DNA of 64,000 bases from Malacoraja senta (GCA_038087875.1 CM075978.1:176328001-176392000); one strand, 5' to 3'. Shown: positions 12,345 through 26,269, counted from the first letter of the stretch. The notes: generated by a model not told the origin, from the sequence alone. Translations and numbers: made by a program.

Positions 12345-14249
12345 GTATGTAAAAAATGTACTTGTAGCTGACTTTTGGGTTAATTCTAAATACTACAAAC
12401 ATCATTGAGCAAGACTAACGAGTTCTATTGGAAGCTGCTGAAATATTTCCCAAGCAGTTTGTTCATTGAACTCCTTCTGCCCGAAGAACAAGTTACTTTG
12501 CTGGAGTTCCTTGAATGGTTTTGTCTTCTGTTAGAAAACCATTTTCTCTGATAAACCTCAAGCCAGAGTTATGAAGATAGGTGCTGTATTAATACAGATA
12601 AAATGATGACAAACATTGAAAGGCAATTGGTTTTTCATTATAAAGTATGGCTTGAGTTACTAGGAGCTATTTTCAAAGTGTAGGATGGAAAGATTAAGTA
12701 CTTGGGAATTTTATTTATGAAACAAATAGTTAATGCAATTTTAAAGAATTTTAACTGAGTCACTTGTTGTATAATGCCAGGGTAGAATGTGTGTGCCTGT
12801 CATCGGAATGCAGATGGCATATACCGCACCAAGAAGTAATGGGTATTAGGGTCTTCGAGAGAGAATTAGTGAACCTATTTTCACCAGAGTAAAGAAGGCA
12901 CCAATTTGCAGGTGTTTAAAAATGATGACAGTTTTAAGTATTAGTGACTGGAGGGTAAAAATGTTAAGATAATTGGAGAACAATTAAAGAAGTGAGATAA
13001 TAACTTGAGCGGGTCAGGCAATATAATGGTCTGCCAGAAGCAACAATGGAAGGATAATCCTGTAATAGTTCTTGAAGGGGAAATGGGTAAATATTTGAAA
13101 GGGATTTTGAAATGTGCAGGCTAATGAAACTAAATGAAGAGCTTTGGGGGCCATTCCAGTGGCTGAATAGCTGATTGTGTTATAAAATTTCAATTCCATA
13201 TTTTTGTCCTTGAATAAATCACCATTTTATAAGGATTTGGCACCCGTATCAAGCATTTGAACCTCTTGAAATGACCAGGTGTCCAATTTAAACATTTTTT
13301 TAACGTTTTCCTCTGCAAAAAAAAAAATCCTTGCTACTAATGTGAACTGAATACATGCACCCAAATTTTTACCATGCCACAAGCAGCCTCTTGTACTCTT
13401 TCTTTACTTTATTTCATTCTTGCTATGAATAAGGACACAAGCACTGCTTGGTAAGCCCTGAGTGGCACAGTTGCATAACAAAACATACATAATTGGAAAT
13501 CATGGCCATAAATTTGTCTGGATGTAGAGTATCATGATGTAGTTTATAAATTGTATGTCACCTTTGTTAAAAAGGGAGCATTAATACCATTTTTCCTCAA
13601 CATGCTCTGATAATAAATTCACTGCATTAATAGCCTAACTATGAAAGTCCATTATAAAAGTGGACGTATCTGTTTGCTTCCTCAATTGTAATGTACTAAG
13701 CTTATAATTGAGAATGCGTGTCTTACGTGTGCTTGGGATGAATCTATGCATCTATCTTTCATTTGTCCTTTACATGACAAATGTTTCACAACACGGTCAA
13801 TGTTATGCACTGAAAGTAAATCTGCATTGACATCTTGATTGTCAATTCTAGCCCTTGCAAAGTCTATTGCTGAAGATCGTGGGGATTTAGTTTGTGTTGC
13901 ATATGGATGTTTTGTAACCTGCTATCAATATTGGGGTGCTACTACATAAATTACTTAAATTTGTGTTTTGCTTTAGTTAAATTTAGTTAAATGGCTTTTA
14001 CTTGATTGTGTGCAGTTGGAGAATGCCAAAGTCACCTTCTTTCATAACATTGTGAATTTAAAGTTTTTCCTCCAGTGATGCATATTCTATAAAAATGGCA
14101 TTGACTATCAAAGGTATCCTCTTGATGAGCATTGTGACTTTGCATGGAAATTCATGTTCAAAGTAATCCATTGGTTTGTGCAAAACTGAGAAAAAATTAT
14201 CACATTTGTTTAGATTATTTCACTACCAGAAATTGTACTTTTTTTGCAG

Positions 14250-14376
14250 CGCTGAAGAATGCCGTCAGATCATTTTGCAATTCGGAGTTCGGGAAGTGAC
14301 AGCTTCTCAGGTTGCCAGGGTATTGGGAATGATGGCTCGGACGCATTCGGGCTTGACTGATGGCATTTCCTTACAA
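14250..14376 (+). CDS. CNOT1: CNOT1 exon (ex9 eq.), (S)[16 protein letters not shown]...DGISLQ
   Basis: tttgcag|C...CAA|gtaaac; 127 nt, phase 2/0. Confidence 0.96.
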
Positions 14377-15558
14377 GTAAACATAATTTCAGAAAATAAG
14401 AATATATGAAAAACTTGCAGTAGAGTTATTAAATTAATGTTTGATTATAGTGTGGCTTTCTTACTGTACTCTGAATTTGTTGACTCTCCATTTTTGTATG
14501 GTCCACTATCTGTTTGTAATTCTGGTTAATTTCTCAGCTGTGAGCCATTTCACCACAATAATGTGCCGTAGGACCAAGGTTCGAATCAGAACAAGTAAAT
14601 TGTTGCATGTTTCATGTCCTCTCCAGAGCACCTACATGTATAGCATCTTTTTGCTGTTGGATTTGTAATAGCATTTACCCAAGTTTGTGACTAAATGTAT
14701 TGTATCGATATTTTGAAAATATCCCTCCAGCTCTCCCAGAAACCACGAGGCAGATCTTCCCGTTGTCCCCAAAATTGTTGATTTTGCTCGCTAAACTGGG
14801 CAGAAGTTCTGAACGGCGGGAAGTCTGTCAATCTTTATGGCGTTTTACACCACTTAGTTGGGAAAATTGGCACTCTGAATTAAGTTCAACGGGCTATTAA
14901 TTTAAATGGGAAGAAAATAGCCGGAAGTTGAGTAGTTGCAAAAATGGTGCACTGAGGAGGGCAGAATGGAAAATCTTGGATTAATTCAATTGTACAGAAT
15001 TGCACAAATTCAAATGTGCAATCTAGCTTTTTATTCCAAGTGTATTCACTTCCCTGGAGTATTTTTTCTGCAACTTCAGGCCCTCTCAGTTCACACTCGC
15101 CCATGCTTTTAGATTTGTCCATGCTTTTAGATTTTTGCCAATTTTACTCAGACATGTCAATATAAATAGGGCCTTGCATTACATTATATTGTGAGGCAGC
15201 ACTCCCTTAATGAACATTTAACTGTAAGGATGTGCACTAGTTAAGCACTTAATGTGCATTGTCTTAAAAGTTAGGTGAGGCACAAACTGATATTGGACGT
15301 GTCGAAATACCAGTGCTGACATGATATTTGTTAACGGGCTAAAGCTGCTGCGATAGAAAAGAAGTGGTGTTGTAGAAAGTTGAGTGAGGAGTTGTAGAAA
15401 GCACTAAGGCTTTTTCTTATACTGACAAGTTTTTAATGCCCAACCTGGAGTGGGCATGGGCAATTTTGGTAAAGTTATTGATTGACAAGATTAAGTATAT
15501 GCTTGAGTTCTGAATTCATTCAATGTTAACAAATAGACTAATAGGTATAACATTCAAT

Positions 15559-15809
15559 GGGTGGCACAGTGGCACAGCAGTAATGCTGCTGCCTCACAGT
15601 GCCTGAGACCCGGGTTCGATACTGACTACGGGTGCTGTGGGCTTTCTCTGGTTGCTCGGTTTTCCTCCCTCATTCCAAAGATGTGCAGATTTGTAGGTTA
15701 ATTGGTTTCCATAAATTGTCCCCAGTGAGAAAGTGAGATAACATAGAACTAGTGTACAGGTGGGCCGAAATGCTTGTTTCCACCCTCTACCTCTAAAACT
15801 ATAACTAAA
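15559..15809 (+). mobile_element. HE1/V-SINE-like SINE
   Basis: GGTGGCACAGTGG A-box-like head, GTTCGATAC B box, V-domain, ACTAAA tail. Confidence 0.75.
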
Positions 15810-16279
15810 GCAAGATTATGTAATCTCCCTGTTCATTTTATGAGAGATAATTAAATTGGTGATTTGTTTAGCCATAATCAGAGTTATACAGCATGGAATC
15901 AGGCCTTCAGCCCAACCTGTCCATACTGACCAAGTTGCTAGAGCTAATCCCATTTGCCTGCATTTGGTCCAAATCCCTGTAAACCTTTCTTATCTACGTA
16001 TACGTCCAAATGTTTTTTAACTTTGTAATTGTATTTGCCTCTACTGCCTCTTATGGCAGCTCGTTCCGTCTACCATCAATGTCCGTGTGGAGAAACTTGC
16101 ACCTCGGATCTCTTTTTAATTCTCTCCCTCTCAGCTTAAACCTCTGTCCTCTATTTGAAAATTCCTACTCTGGGAAAAGACTGACCATCCACCATATCAA
16201 TTCCCTCATTTTACAGCATGCAGACTTATCACTAATTTATTTTTTTACTTATCGATGAAAGTTTTACTTATGTTCACAG

Positions 16280-16390
16280 TCTATCTCAGCCCCTGGAAGT
16301 GGAATCTGGAGTGATGGGAAGGATAAAAATGATTCTGCACAGGCCCATACTTGGAATGTAGAAATATTTATTGATGTTGTGAAAGATGTG
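16280..16390 (+). CDS. CNOT1: CNOT1 exon (ex10 eq.), [18 protein letters not shown]...IDVVKDV
   Basis: ttcacag|TCT...GTG|gtaagt; 111 nt. Confidence 0.96.
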
Positions 16391-17481
16391 GTAAGTTAGC
16401 AATTGATATATTAGAGCAAATGCTTTTTATATTTATTGATGCTGTCAATTATTTTATTTTTTTAATGCCATTTACTTAAATTGTATAGAGTGGTCCTGTT
16501 GATGTGGGGGGCAATTTGATTTTGTCTAGTTTATCGAAACCATGCTTGAAATATTAGATTTTCTGTGTTGGTCAGAATGACAGATGCTGAAATCTCATTA
16601 TGTGCAATAACAGGCGGTATTTTTGCACTGAAAAGGTTGCTGCTTAGTAGCACTCCAATTCCAAATGTCAAAAATGCTTTCTTTTTTTCTCTCAATGGCT
16701 GTCCATTAAAAGAATATTGATAAAATGTTGTTCATTTTGTTACATCATAGCACAGTTCAATGATTCCACTTTTCTATAATCTGTGCTGTAGTTCCATTTA
16801 TTTTGGTTGCTTAACCAGAAATGAGATCATTACTTCGTCACCCTAACTGACACAACTAATTGAATAAGCAGAGCCGCCTTGGGAAACTGGTTGCATTTAA
16901 GAAAGATCTGTCACCATCGTTAGGAATGGTGATAAATGCTGGCCTTGGCAGCACTGTTCACATCTCATTAATAGGTTGCAAAGGATATGTTTTTTTGATC
17001 TTTCAATATCATAATGCAATGAAAATGGCTTGAACAGGAGATTATCTCGCCTATTGGCAATGAAACTTGAACAGAAATGTCCTATTTTTCATTTACTGCA
17101 AAGGTGCACAGAGGTAATTAACTCAATTCAACTAGATTGGCATTGGAGAAAGGGTATTGAGTAGTTTTGCAGGTTCTCATTTGTGGAAGTGATTATATAT
17201 CAGTGGTACATGTTAATTCCAGGGTTCTGACTGGGAGTTTTTGGAAATTGTCCTCCTTTGAGGTGACATTAAGGGAACAAGGCCAGCATCGGAAAAATGA
17301 TAATATACAAAATGCATAGGGCTTGGATGGGTACATGCAGGCTTCTGATGGTTTCTTCTGTCTAAGAAGCCTTAAACTAGGCCGAAAATAAGAAATTCGG
17401 AAAAGTTGTTACCTCTGAGACAGTGAATTATTGGAATTCTCTATTTGTTAAGTCTCTTAGTTCAGTCTATTGAACATCATG

Positions 17482-17620
17482 TGTAGGAAAGAACTACAGA
17501 TGCTGGGTTAAATTGAAGGTAGACAAAAAATGCTGGAGTAACTCAGCGGGTCAGGCAGCATCTCTGATGATCCAGAGATGCCGCTTGTCCTGCTGAGTTA
17601 CTCAAGCATTTTGTGTCTAC
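17482..17620. mobile_element. Fold-back Penelope-derived insertion
   Basis: Inverted arms centred near 17569; 15-bp TSD CTATT(G/A)AACATCATG at 17467-17481 and 17621-17635. Confidence 0.8.
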
Positions 17621-18704
17621 CTATTAAACATCATGATATATTTTAAAGGAATCATGGGATGTGTCATGGAGGTTAAAGATCAGCCATGATTTCAGTGTGA
17701 TTAGACCAATGGGCTAAATGGGCAACTCATCTATTTTTCCAAGTTCTTATATATGTTAAATGGTGGTTGTTTTATAATTAGTGCAATTTATACAGCCCTC
17801 AAGTTGTTAACGGAATTATAGATATTGTAAGCAGGTATGTGCAAATAGATTAGGGACGGAGGAGCTGTGCTCACACCAGTGGCTTCAGTGCCAGACATTC
17901 CAACGTAAAGGGAGTAAACTGTAAAGGGGGTGTTTTCATTTAGGGATCGATTGATACATTATGACGAGACCTTGGATAGTTTGCTGCTTACTGAGACACT
18001 CCAACAAACGTCTCTCAGCTTTAGCTCCTCACTGCATTGGTAATACTTTAGTTGAATTTTGGAACCAGATGGTCCGATGCGCTATTTTTCGAGTTCTTAA
18101 CCGGCAGTAATAGTCACAGTCCCTCTTCAGTCTGAATTTCTTATTTTAATGTTGGCAAAAATAAATTTTATGAAAGCAGGAAAATATTTTGGAATGTGCT
18201 TTATTAATCCTAATGTATAAAATGCTGTTCTATAGTGCTATGCACAACTTTGGATCGTAAGCAGATGTCTCAAATATTATTACATCTAAGGTTTACATAC
18301 AATTTTGTTTCAAAGTTTGATAGGTGTTCTGGACCCTTCCAGACCTCTGCAATTCTATGATTTCCCTTTCCACCCACCCTGTCCATCCCACACTTAAGCC
18401 CTTATATGCAGCTACTCTGTTAAAACCTATGCAACGAGCACTCAACATGTTTCATAATTCCTACATTAAATGTTGTGGATGGACACATTTAATCGTCACA
18501 CCCGATTTTATCCCCAGAATTTTATCAACAGAAATTGGCAAGCCACCTTGATGGTATATCCCTTCTGATTTTAGCTGTTTGTTGTATCTGGTGAGACAGC
18601 CATGCAGCCTGTACTAAAGTACAGTTTTGTTTGAAATACCAAGCCCAATAAGTGGACCAGAGTCAAGATTCTTTTGAGCTCGAAGATAGAGTAACTTAAT
18701 TAAT

Positions 18705-18836
18705 CTGAAAATGGGTCTTGACCCGAAACGTCACCCATTCCTTCTCTCCAGAGATGCTGCGTGTCCCGCTGAGTTACTTCAGCATTTTGTGTCTATCTTC
18801 GGTTTAAACCAGCATCTGCAGTTCCTTCCTACACAT
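18705..18836 (+). mobile_element. Penelope-like terminal fragment with degenerate hammerhead core and full tail
   Basis: CTGAAAATGGGTCTTGACCCGAAACGTC...CAGCATCTGCAGTTCCTTCCTACACA. Confidence 0.75.
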
Positions 18837-20859
18837 TCTTTTGTGCATCCTGTCTTCTCGGAGTGGAGAGGGGCTCCATAAATCCAGATGTTGATTTGGT
18901 GAAAAATGGTTAAGAAAATGTTATTTCCAAATTGGAGCCAGCATGAAACTGATCTTTTCTTTGCCTTGAAGTATTGTATTATGAAAGTCGGAAGAAAGTG
19001 AAGAAAACCATTGTTTCTGTTTCCAAGGTGTGACCATTTTGTCAGGTTTAATGCAATTTAATGCTAACGCTGGTAGCATACCTCACCATGCCCTACCTTC
19101 CTATCTCAGCCTGTACAGAGATCTTGCTTAGCCAGGTAGCTCAAATCATTCAGCAGTTCAGGTATTCTGAAAACTTTTGCTAGAACTGGGGAAAACCCAA
19201 CAACGTCTAGACTAGGAAATTCCTTGCATGTGACGAGGGACTAGCAAATGGATGATTGGAAGATTGCCAGCTTGGGGAGCATTGATTTATTCTGCCTGTG
19301 CAGCCAGCTCTTGATAGAATATAAATACCAACAGTAGTGTTCAGTCAGTGGTTTTGACAATCTGGTGGAAGGTGTAGAAATCAAGTTTCAGGGAAAGGGG
19401 GAAAAGGTTGAAAGTCAGATTTCCAGTGATGATAGAGACCAACATTACATTTCAGAGTTCCCGCTTGCTGGAGGAAATACAACCTGTTGTATTTCCGCAA
19501 AATTTGAGGAATATAATTTGGACAGCACACTTTCATGTTCTGTCCATTGCACTGAAAACTTCTCAGCTGTAATTAATCATTTTTTGAATCAGTACTTGTC
19601 TTGGTGTGTAATCTATTTTGTTTATTTATGCTAAACTCTATAGCCAAGCAGCGGAGATATTATTGTAGTAATCAGATGAGGAAAAGGTATATTTTGATTG
19701 GCTATGGACCCTTCCCAACAATATATTTGAGAATGACCACTAGACATATAAACACTCAATGGGGCAAAACGCGGAATACTTTTTACAGATGGCAAGTTAC
19801 GAAGCAAGTACAAGATTATTAAATACAAATTTAGCACTTGTAGATTTGTTGGCAGAGTGTGAATATGGTCGCCAAAGAATACATTTGAAGCAAATACTGG
19901 GTTCATTTAAAAATTAGCTACATTTTATCCTTGGAAGGAGCTGGTGAGATAAGTATTTATCACAAAAAAGGGATCAACATCTGCTCCCGAGGTATTTGCT
20001 TTTGGATTAAATATGGCAGCTGTGATGTACGAACTGCCTTTTTTTATTGATGCTTGCTCATGTCAGGTAATTGGTTTAATGGTAAGATTGAAGAAAAATA
20101 TGAAAAAATAGCTTTTTTCCTGGCCAGAGTGGTTTCCTAGTTTTGTTTATTGTCCAGTGGAACTCATTGCCAAAAGTATGAAGGTTTTGAAGAGTCCAAG
20201 TGGCCTATTTGAAGGCTGATGTTGGGAGCTTTATTATCTGTAGATGTGTAGAATAAGGAATGTAAATAGATAGGGTATATTTTATAAAACGTGTGTTTAG
20301 TATAACTCTGATTTATCATGTCTTTAATTGAAGAGATGTCAAACGGTAACTTACAGCTGTTCTAATTACATTTTGTGTTGTGTCTTATACTTATGGAATG
20401 TGACAAGTTAGCAATTATCTCAAATAACAGAATTATTACATCATTTCACAGAAGCCAGTCATTTGACCCATCAATCTATGGCTGGCTATATGTAAAATAT
20501 CCAGCTATTCTCTCTCCCAAACTCCTGCAAATATTTGCCTTTGAAAATCGTACCAACTCCTTTAAATAAAAAAATCTGCCACCTATGACTTTTCCACCAG
20601 CCTGCCTACTTCCTTGAAATCTATCACAACCTTCCTCAGTTTTATGTTTTCCGCAGATTTGAAAATTGCGCCCTGTGCACTCAAGTTCAAGGTATAAAGA
20701 AAAGCAGTGGTCTTAATACTGATCCCTGATGGACATGCTGTACACTTGCCTTCAGTTGAAGGGCATCCTGTAACTACTATCGGTTTCTTATTAGATAGCC
20801 AATTTTCTGTCAGTCGACGCATCTTTTGAAGCCACTGGCCCATTATATTGGCACTTTAT

Positions 20860-22019
20860 GCACCTCACAGGGCACGTATGTGAGGATGCTCTTCATTGAC
20901 TATAGCTCTGCATTCAATACGGTCATCCCCACCAAGCTCACCACCAAACCCCACCAGCTAGGCCTCAGCTCGCCGATATGCGATTGGATCCTGAACTTTC
21001 TGACGGAGCGACCGCAGGCAGTGAGACTGGGCCCGCACCTGTCCTCCACTATCACCCTGAGCACCGGCACACCACAGGCTGTGTACTAAGCCCCATGCTC
21101 TACTCCCTCTTCACTCACGACTGTATCCCTGCATTCGACACCAACACCATCGTGAAGTTTGCAGACGACACAACAGTGATTGGGCTGATCACCAACGGTG
21201 ATGAAACAAAATACAGAGCGCAGGTGCAGAACTTGGCGGACTGGTGCGCTCATAACAACTTGTCACTAAACACCTCCAAGACCAAGGAGCTGATTATTGA
21301 CTTCAGGAGGTCCCATAATGGAGAATACGCCCCAATCTCCATTTACGGGGAAAGTGTGGAGAGAGTGTCCAGCTAAGTTTCTGGGCACTCACATTTCAGA
21401 GGACCTCACATGGTCCACCAACACCGCTGCGCTGGTCAAGAAGGCACAGCAATGACTGTTCTTCCTGAGGACATTAAAAAAGACTGGTCTGCCCCAACAG
21501 CTGCTGACAACGTTCTACCGCTGCACCACAGAGCATATTAACGTATGGCATCTCTGTGTGGTATCTCAGCTGCACGGAGGCGGAGAGGAGAGCTCTTCAG
21601 CGCGTCGTCCACAGAGCGCAGAGGATCATTGGGACAGAGCTACCAGCCTTGGAGGGCATCTACCACACACGGTGCCTCAGGAAGGCCGTCAGCATCCATA
21701 AGGACTCATCACACCCTTGTAACGGACTGTTTGAACTACTTCCCTCCAGCAGATGTTACAAGGCCTTCTACGCCCGAACCTCCAGACTCAGAAACAGCTG
21801 TATTACAAGAGCTATAGCGGCTCTGAACCGGCCCTGCTGAGTGCCCCCCCCCCCCCCCCACCCACCGCCCCTGGACAGTCTCCCTCGGATGGTCACGTCA
21901 CTCAGCTTGCTTATTTATTTATTTTACTTTTCTTGTACATCAGTGGAGCTGCATACTAAATCTCGTTGCACTGACGTGCAATGACAATAAAAGATAATAT
22001 TATTGTTATTATTATTATC
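20860..22019 (+). mobile_element. Rex1/Babar LINE, 5'-truncated RT pseudogene with (ATT)n tail
   Basis: [14 protein letters not shown]...[16 protein letters not shown]...KFADDTTVIGLI; frameshifts and stops; TGACAATAAA then ATT repeats. Confidence 0.9.
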
Positions 22020-22789
22020 AAGTGGCCTTTGGAAGCCCATAAGTATCTCATCAATCACATTGTCTTCACCACTCCTCTTGTTTCATAGGAACGCACTATC
22101 AATATATCTAGCCACAATTTGTTTTAGCAAATCTATGCTGGCTTTTTCTAATCAATCTGCACTTGTCTAAGTTACTGCTGATTCTGTCCTGGTTTATTTT
22201 TCTCACCACCGAGATCAAACTGACTTGCAACTTTGTTCAAAAAAGGTGTAACAGTTGCAATTTCTGGCCCTAGGTATTCTAATAGAAAGATGTTTGGAAG
22301 ATTATGGCCAGGACCACAGAAATGTTCTCTTTCTTGAGCAAATGGAATGTGGGGGATGGAGGGATGGTGGGGAAAAAACGGGAGCACACCGGGACAAGTT
22401 GAATCAGTTGTGATCTTATTGATTGACAATATTAGTTCAAGGGACCAATTGAGGTTACTCGCGCTGACACAGGAGTAAGCTCCACCACCCACTGTCCTTT
22501 TATCCATCGTCCGCTGACCTGCTCTGCTCTATGATCTTCGCTCTTGAGCTGTTCTGCTTCTGGTGGTAGTCGGAATTTAAGGATTTGCGGGAAGCGGCTG
22601 ACACGAGCGAGGCCGGCGAGCGGCAGTAGAGAGGTGTTCAGACGGAGAGCACTGCCAGAGGTGAGCGGGCCGGCAGAAGGCACTGAGGTTGCGGCCAGTT
22701 CTGCTGTCTGGTCCCGGCGGCCACCCAAGCTACTTCTCTCCCCAGCCACAATACGGTGGCTCCGTGCCCAGAGCGCCGCGGCAGCGTTG

Positions 22790-23108
22790 AGTGAGTGAGT
22801 GAGTTGCTGGCATGATCCCCGACCCTTTTCTTCTTAATGCTCCTGACCGTGCTGACCCGGGCCATTCTCCCCACACGCTGTGAAAGGAACTCTTTCTCCC
22901 CTCCCCCCAGCGGCGCTGTCCTTTTCCAGCCGCTTCCCATCAGCTGCCAACAATGGGGGATAGACTTGGCTATCCCTCAGTACAGCAACATCGTTCTTGA
23001 TGTTGCCGTACTGAGGGATAGCCAAGTCTATCTTTCTTGGCGAACAACCTAACCGTCGGCCTCCAAGACGCAGGTAAAAAATAGCGTGTTCATTGCCGGG
23101 AAATAGGG
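22790..23108 (-). mobile_element. Tc2/Kanga-like non-autonomous DNA transposon fragment (one end), same family as 49147-50685
   Basis: TIR GCGTGTTCATTGCCGGGAAATAGGG plus TA; reverse complement aligns with 49147-49550. Confidence 0.75.
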
Positions 23109-23109
23109 T

Positions 23110-23680
23110 AAATCTTTTCTCCTTCACCTTGAACCTATGTTCTCTGGTCCTCAATTCCCCTCCTCTGAGCAAGAGACTCTGTGCATCCACCCGATCTGTT
23201 CCTCTCATGATTTTGTACACCTCTATAAGCATCTCCAATATTGGAGCACACCTTAGAATATCAGTCTGCAGTTTTGTGCAGATGTGGATTGTTTTCCATG
23301 AAATACCAGAGATTGAGGCCTGATCGAAGTGTATAAAATTATGAGGCGTAGATAGGATAGACAGTTGGAATCTTTTTCCCAGAGTGTAAATATCAAAAGA
23401 CGAGAGGCTGTAGGTTTAAGGTGAAAGGGGTAAAGTTTAAAGGAGACGTGTGAGGATTTTACACGGAAGATGGTAGGTGCCTGAAACATGCTGCCAGCAT
23501 TGCTGGAGGAGGCAGATAGGGTAGTGGTGTTTGAGAAGCTTTTGGGCAGATAGGCACATGTTATGTTGGGAGTTGAGGAATACGGATCATGTGCAGGTAG
23601 ATGAGTTTCTTGGCATTATGTATGGCACAGACATTATGTGCTGAAAGGCCTATTCCTGTGCTGTACTTTTCTGTTCCAAC
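23110..23680. mobile_element. CR1 3' fragments (minus ~23110-23230, plus ~23318-23680)
   Basis: LIEVYKIMRGTDRV motif in both orientations. Confidence 0.65.
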
Positions 23681-25733
23681 AAATAGCTAGAACCTTGTCG
23701 CCATCAATCTGTTCTCCAGAGAAACTGCCTGACCGCTGAGTTACTCCAACACTTTGTCTCTTTATGCGTTCAGCATCTGCAGTTCCTTGTTTCTACTCTG
23801 AATCATAAATTCCGTGGTATTTAATTCCCCTTGCTGATGTTGATTTTCTCAATTACTTGCTTTACTTGCGTTTCCCTTTTGTAAATCATGAACCCAGATC
23901 CTTCTGCATCTCAGATTTGGCAATCTCAACAATTAGAAGTCTAACCTCTCATTTAGAACATTTCAATATGTGTTAAGATCTTGTGAGGGCATGGCGATCC
24001 CATAATGTAACCAATGCTGTTAAATTATGGTCCTCCCCCCCCCCTCCCCCATCTAAACGTCAGCTATATTTGGAGTAAGTGTTTTGAGTCCCGCAAGACC
24101 ATTCTTAAAAACTGCTGTTTTATTGATCAACATTTTGGGATGGGAACTTGTATTGCAGATATGTTCTTTGAAGAATTTAAGCTATTTTAGCTGAAGCACT
24201 TTTTCTCCCCTGCCCCTTATTGTTCAATCCCACGCTAATAAAAATGGTGTGCGCACATTCCTTAAGATTTTCAAGTGATGACAATAAAAACAAGCTAACA
24301 GCATTGCTATGGACTAAAGATCCTCCTTTATTTATTTTTTTAGGTAATGGAAATTTGCTATTTCTATTTGCTTTTGCTATTTTGGATTCCAAATGACACA
24401 TGCAGTGTATAGGATCAGGAATTATCAGTATACCGTATTATAATAACACTTGTAGATTTTATTTCCTGGGTAGAGTTGTAAAGTCTATATAATTTTTTTT
24501 TTAAAAGACAATAGAGAAATGCTGTTTCTGACCTTTATTCAAACATTACAGCGTCTAAGTCATGGAATAGGGAAAAGTAATTAATACTACTTGAACATGT
24601 GTGGTTTAGTAAAAAGAGAGCCAGCATCAGTGTATGCCTTTACTTTGACTTTTACGATGGAAGAAATATCATTGAAGCAGCTGAAAATAGTTACACCTAG
24701 GCCACTGCTGTGTCGAATGGCTGTAGAGATCAAATGGTGCTGGGATAATTGACCTGTCACAAGAAAAGCCGATTTCCATTTGTTGAAGTGTTATTTTTCC
24801 CTTGATGTCCATTCATTTCAGTGCTCCTAATGCCACACTTAGTCATATGTTTTCTTGATATCAGGGGCAGTCATTATCTCTACAAATTCATGTATTTGAA
24901 TTTGGACCAAGGCTTTAATAAAGTGGTTCTGGTGAATTCCACACAGAGCATCAGTGAGTATTGATGACTAAGTGGTGCTTGATGTCACTTGCTGATAACT
25001 GAAAGTATCCTGGGCAATGATTGGTCAGAGATGAAAAGCATGGAATAATCTGAAATAAATCTGAAAATGCTAGAAATGCTGAGCTGGTCAGGCATAACTT
25101 TGGAAAGGGGAACAAAGTTAATGTTTGAAGTTGAAGGAGGGTTTTAACAAATTATCCTTAATATCAAATGTTAAAGCTGCTTCCCTGTTCACTGATGCTG
25201 CCAAACTTCCTTGGTGTTTCCAACATTTTTAGTAATTAACTGGATTGGATTTGCGATCATTGTTCAGCAGTGTTTCCCAAGGGTTGGTCTAATGCACATA
25301 ACCTAATGGATATAAATTACTTTGAAGTTTGGAAATTGTATCATTACAAAATTTGTTTTACATAGCACAAAAGTAAAAGTGAGATGATACTGATAGACCA
25401 TCAAGAGTACATAAAGAAACTACTGAAATGAGCAGATACGTGCAAGGTGGAATTCACTGCCAGAAAGGGTAATGGAAGCATATTGAGTTATTTGAAATTG
25501 GAAACCTGAGGGATAAAGATTATTGCATGGAAATGGGACTTGTTAGATTCATGTTGCGGAAGAATCTATTAAGCTCTATTCCTAACCCACAGTGTTGAAG
25601 AACTGGTGGCTTCCATTTAAAATGATTATTCTTCTATTTCTCCCACTTCCATAGAGCCAAATGTACGATCCATTATATTAGTGATGTATTTAATTAAATT
25701 ATTTTGGAAATAATGTTATTTTTTAATTTTTAG

Positions 25734-25904
25734 AATCCAAACCTAAATTTTAAGGAGGTGACATACGAGCTGGATCATCTAGGATTCATCCTTCGTGACA
25801 GCAAAGGTCTGCAAATTGTAGTATATGGAATCCAGAAAGGGATGGGGATCGAAGTCTTTCCTGTTGATCTCATTTACCGGCCTTGGAAACATGCAGAAGG
25901 ACAG
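25734..25904 (+). CDS. CNOT1: CNOT1 exon (ex11 eq.), [15 protein letters not shown]...[10 protein letters not shown]
   Basis: tttttag|AAT...CAG|gtatag; 171 nt. Confidence 0.96.
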
Positions 25905-26269
25905 GTATAGTGACAAGATTAGAAATTGTTGGTTGCTATTTAAAATAATTTATTGAACAAGAGCATTTGGTTGATTTCTCAGCTAGATGACTTTCTACCC
26001 ACGGCTCTTTTCTGAAGTCCTAGCTTGTTGAGGCTTTACAGGCAACTGTATCCCCCCCCCCCCCCCCCATTTCATTGTCACCCTTGTTGATATGTGTGCC
26101 CTTTCCCTTTTGCATCAATCCTTTGTGCAAAGAGACTGTAATTGTATACTGTAATGTCTATAGATGTAAATTTAACTCTGCCTTTTCACTTTCCTATGAG
26201 AAATAGCAATATGCCTGCATTTCTTCACATTGTCTGAATTACTACTGTTAGTTAGAATGTTGTTAAAAA

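Noticed and set aside
13436-13500. AAGCACTGC start resembling the SNORA50 5' end
   Set aside because: No guide sequences, closing stem or H/ACA boxes follow.
15101-15137. 18-bp tandem duplication CCATGCTTTTAGATTT
   Set aside because: Ordinary local slippage with no sign of function.
15559-15630. tRNA-like A/B boxes
   Set aside because: Head of a SINE; no cloverleaf or acceptor stem, and the same head recurs at 3040, 40647, 43875 and 63587.
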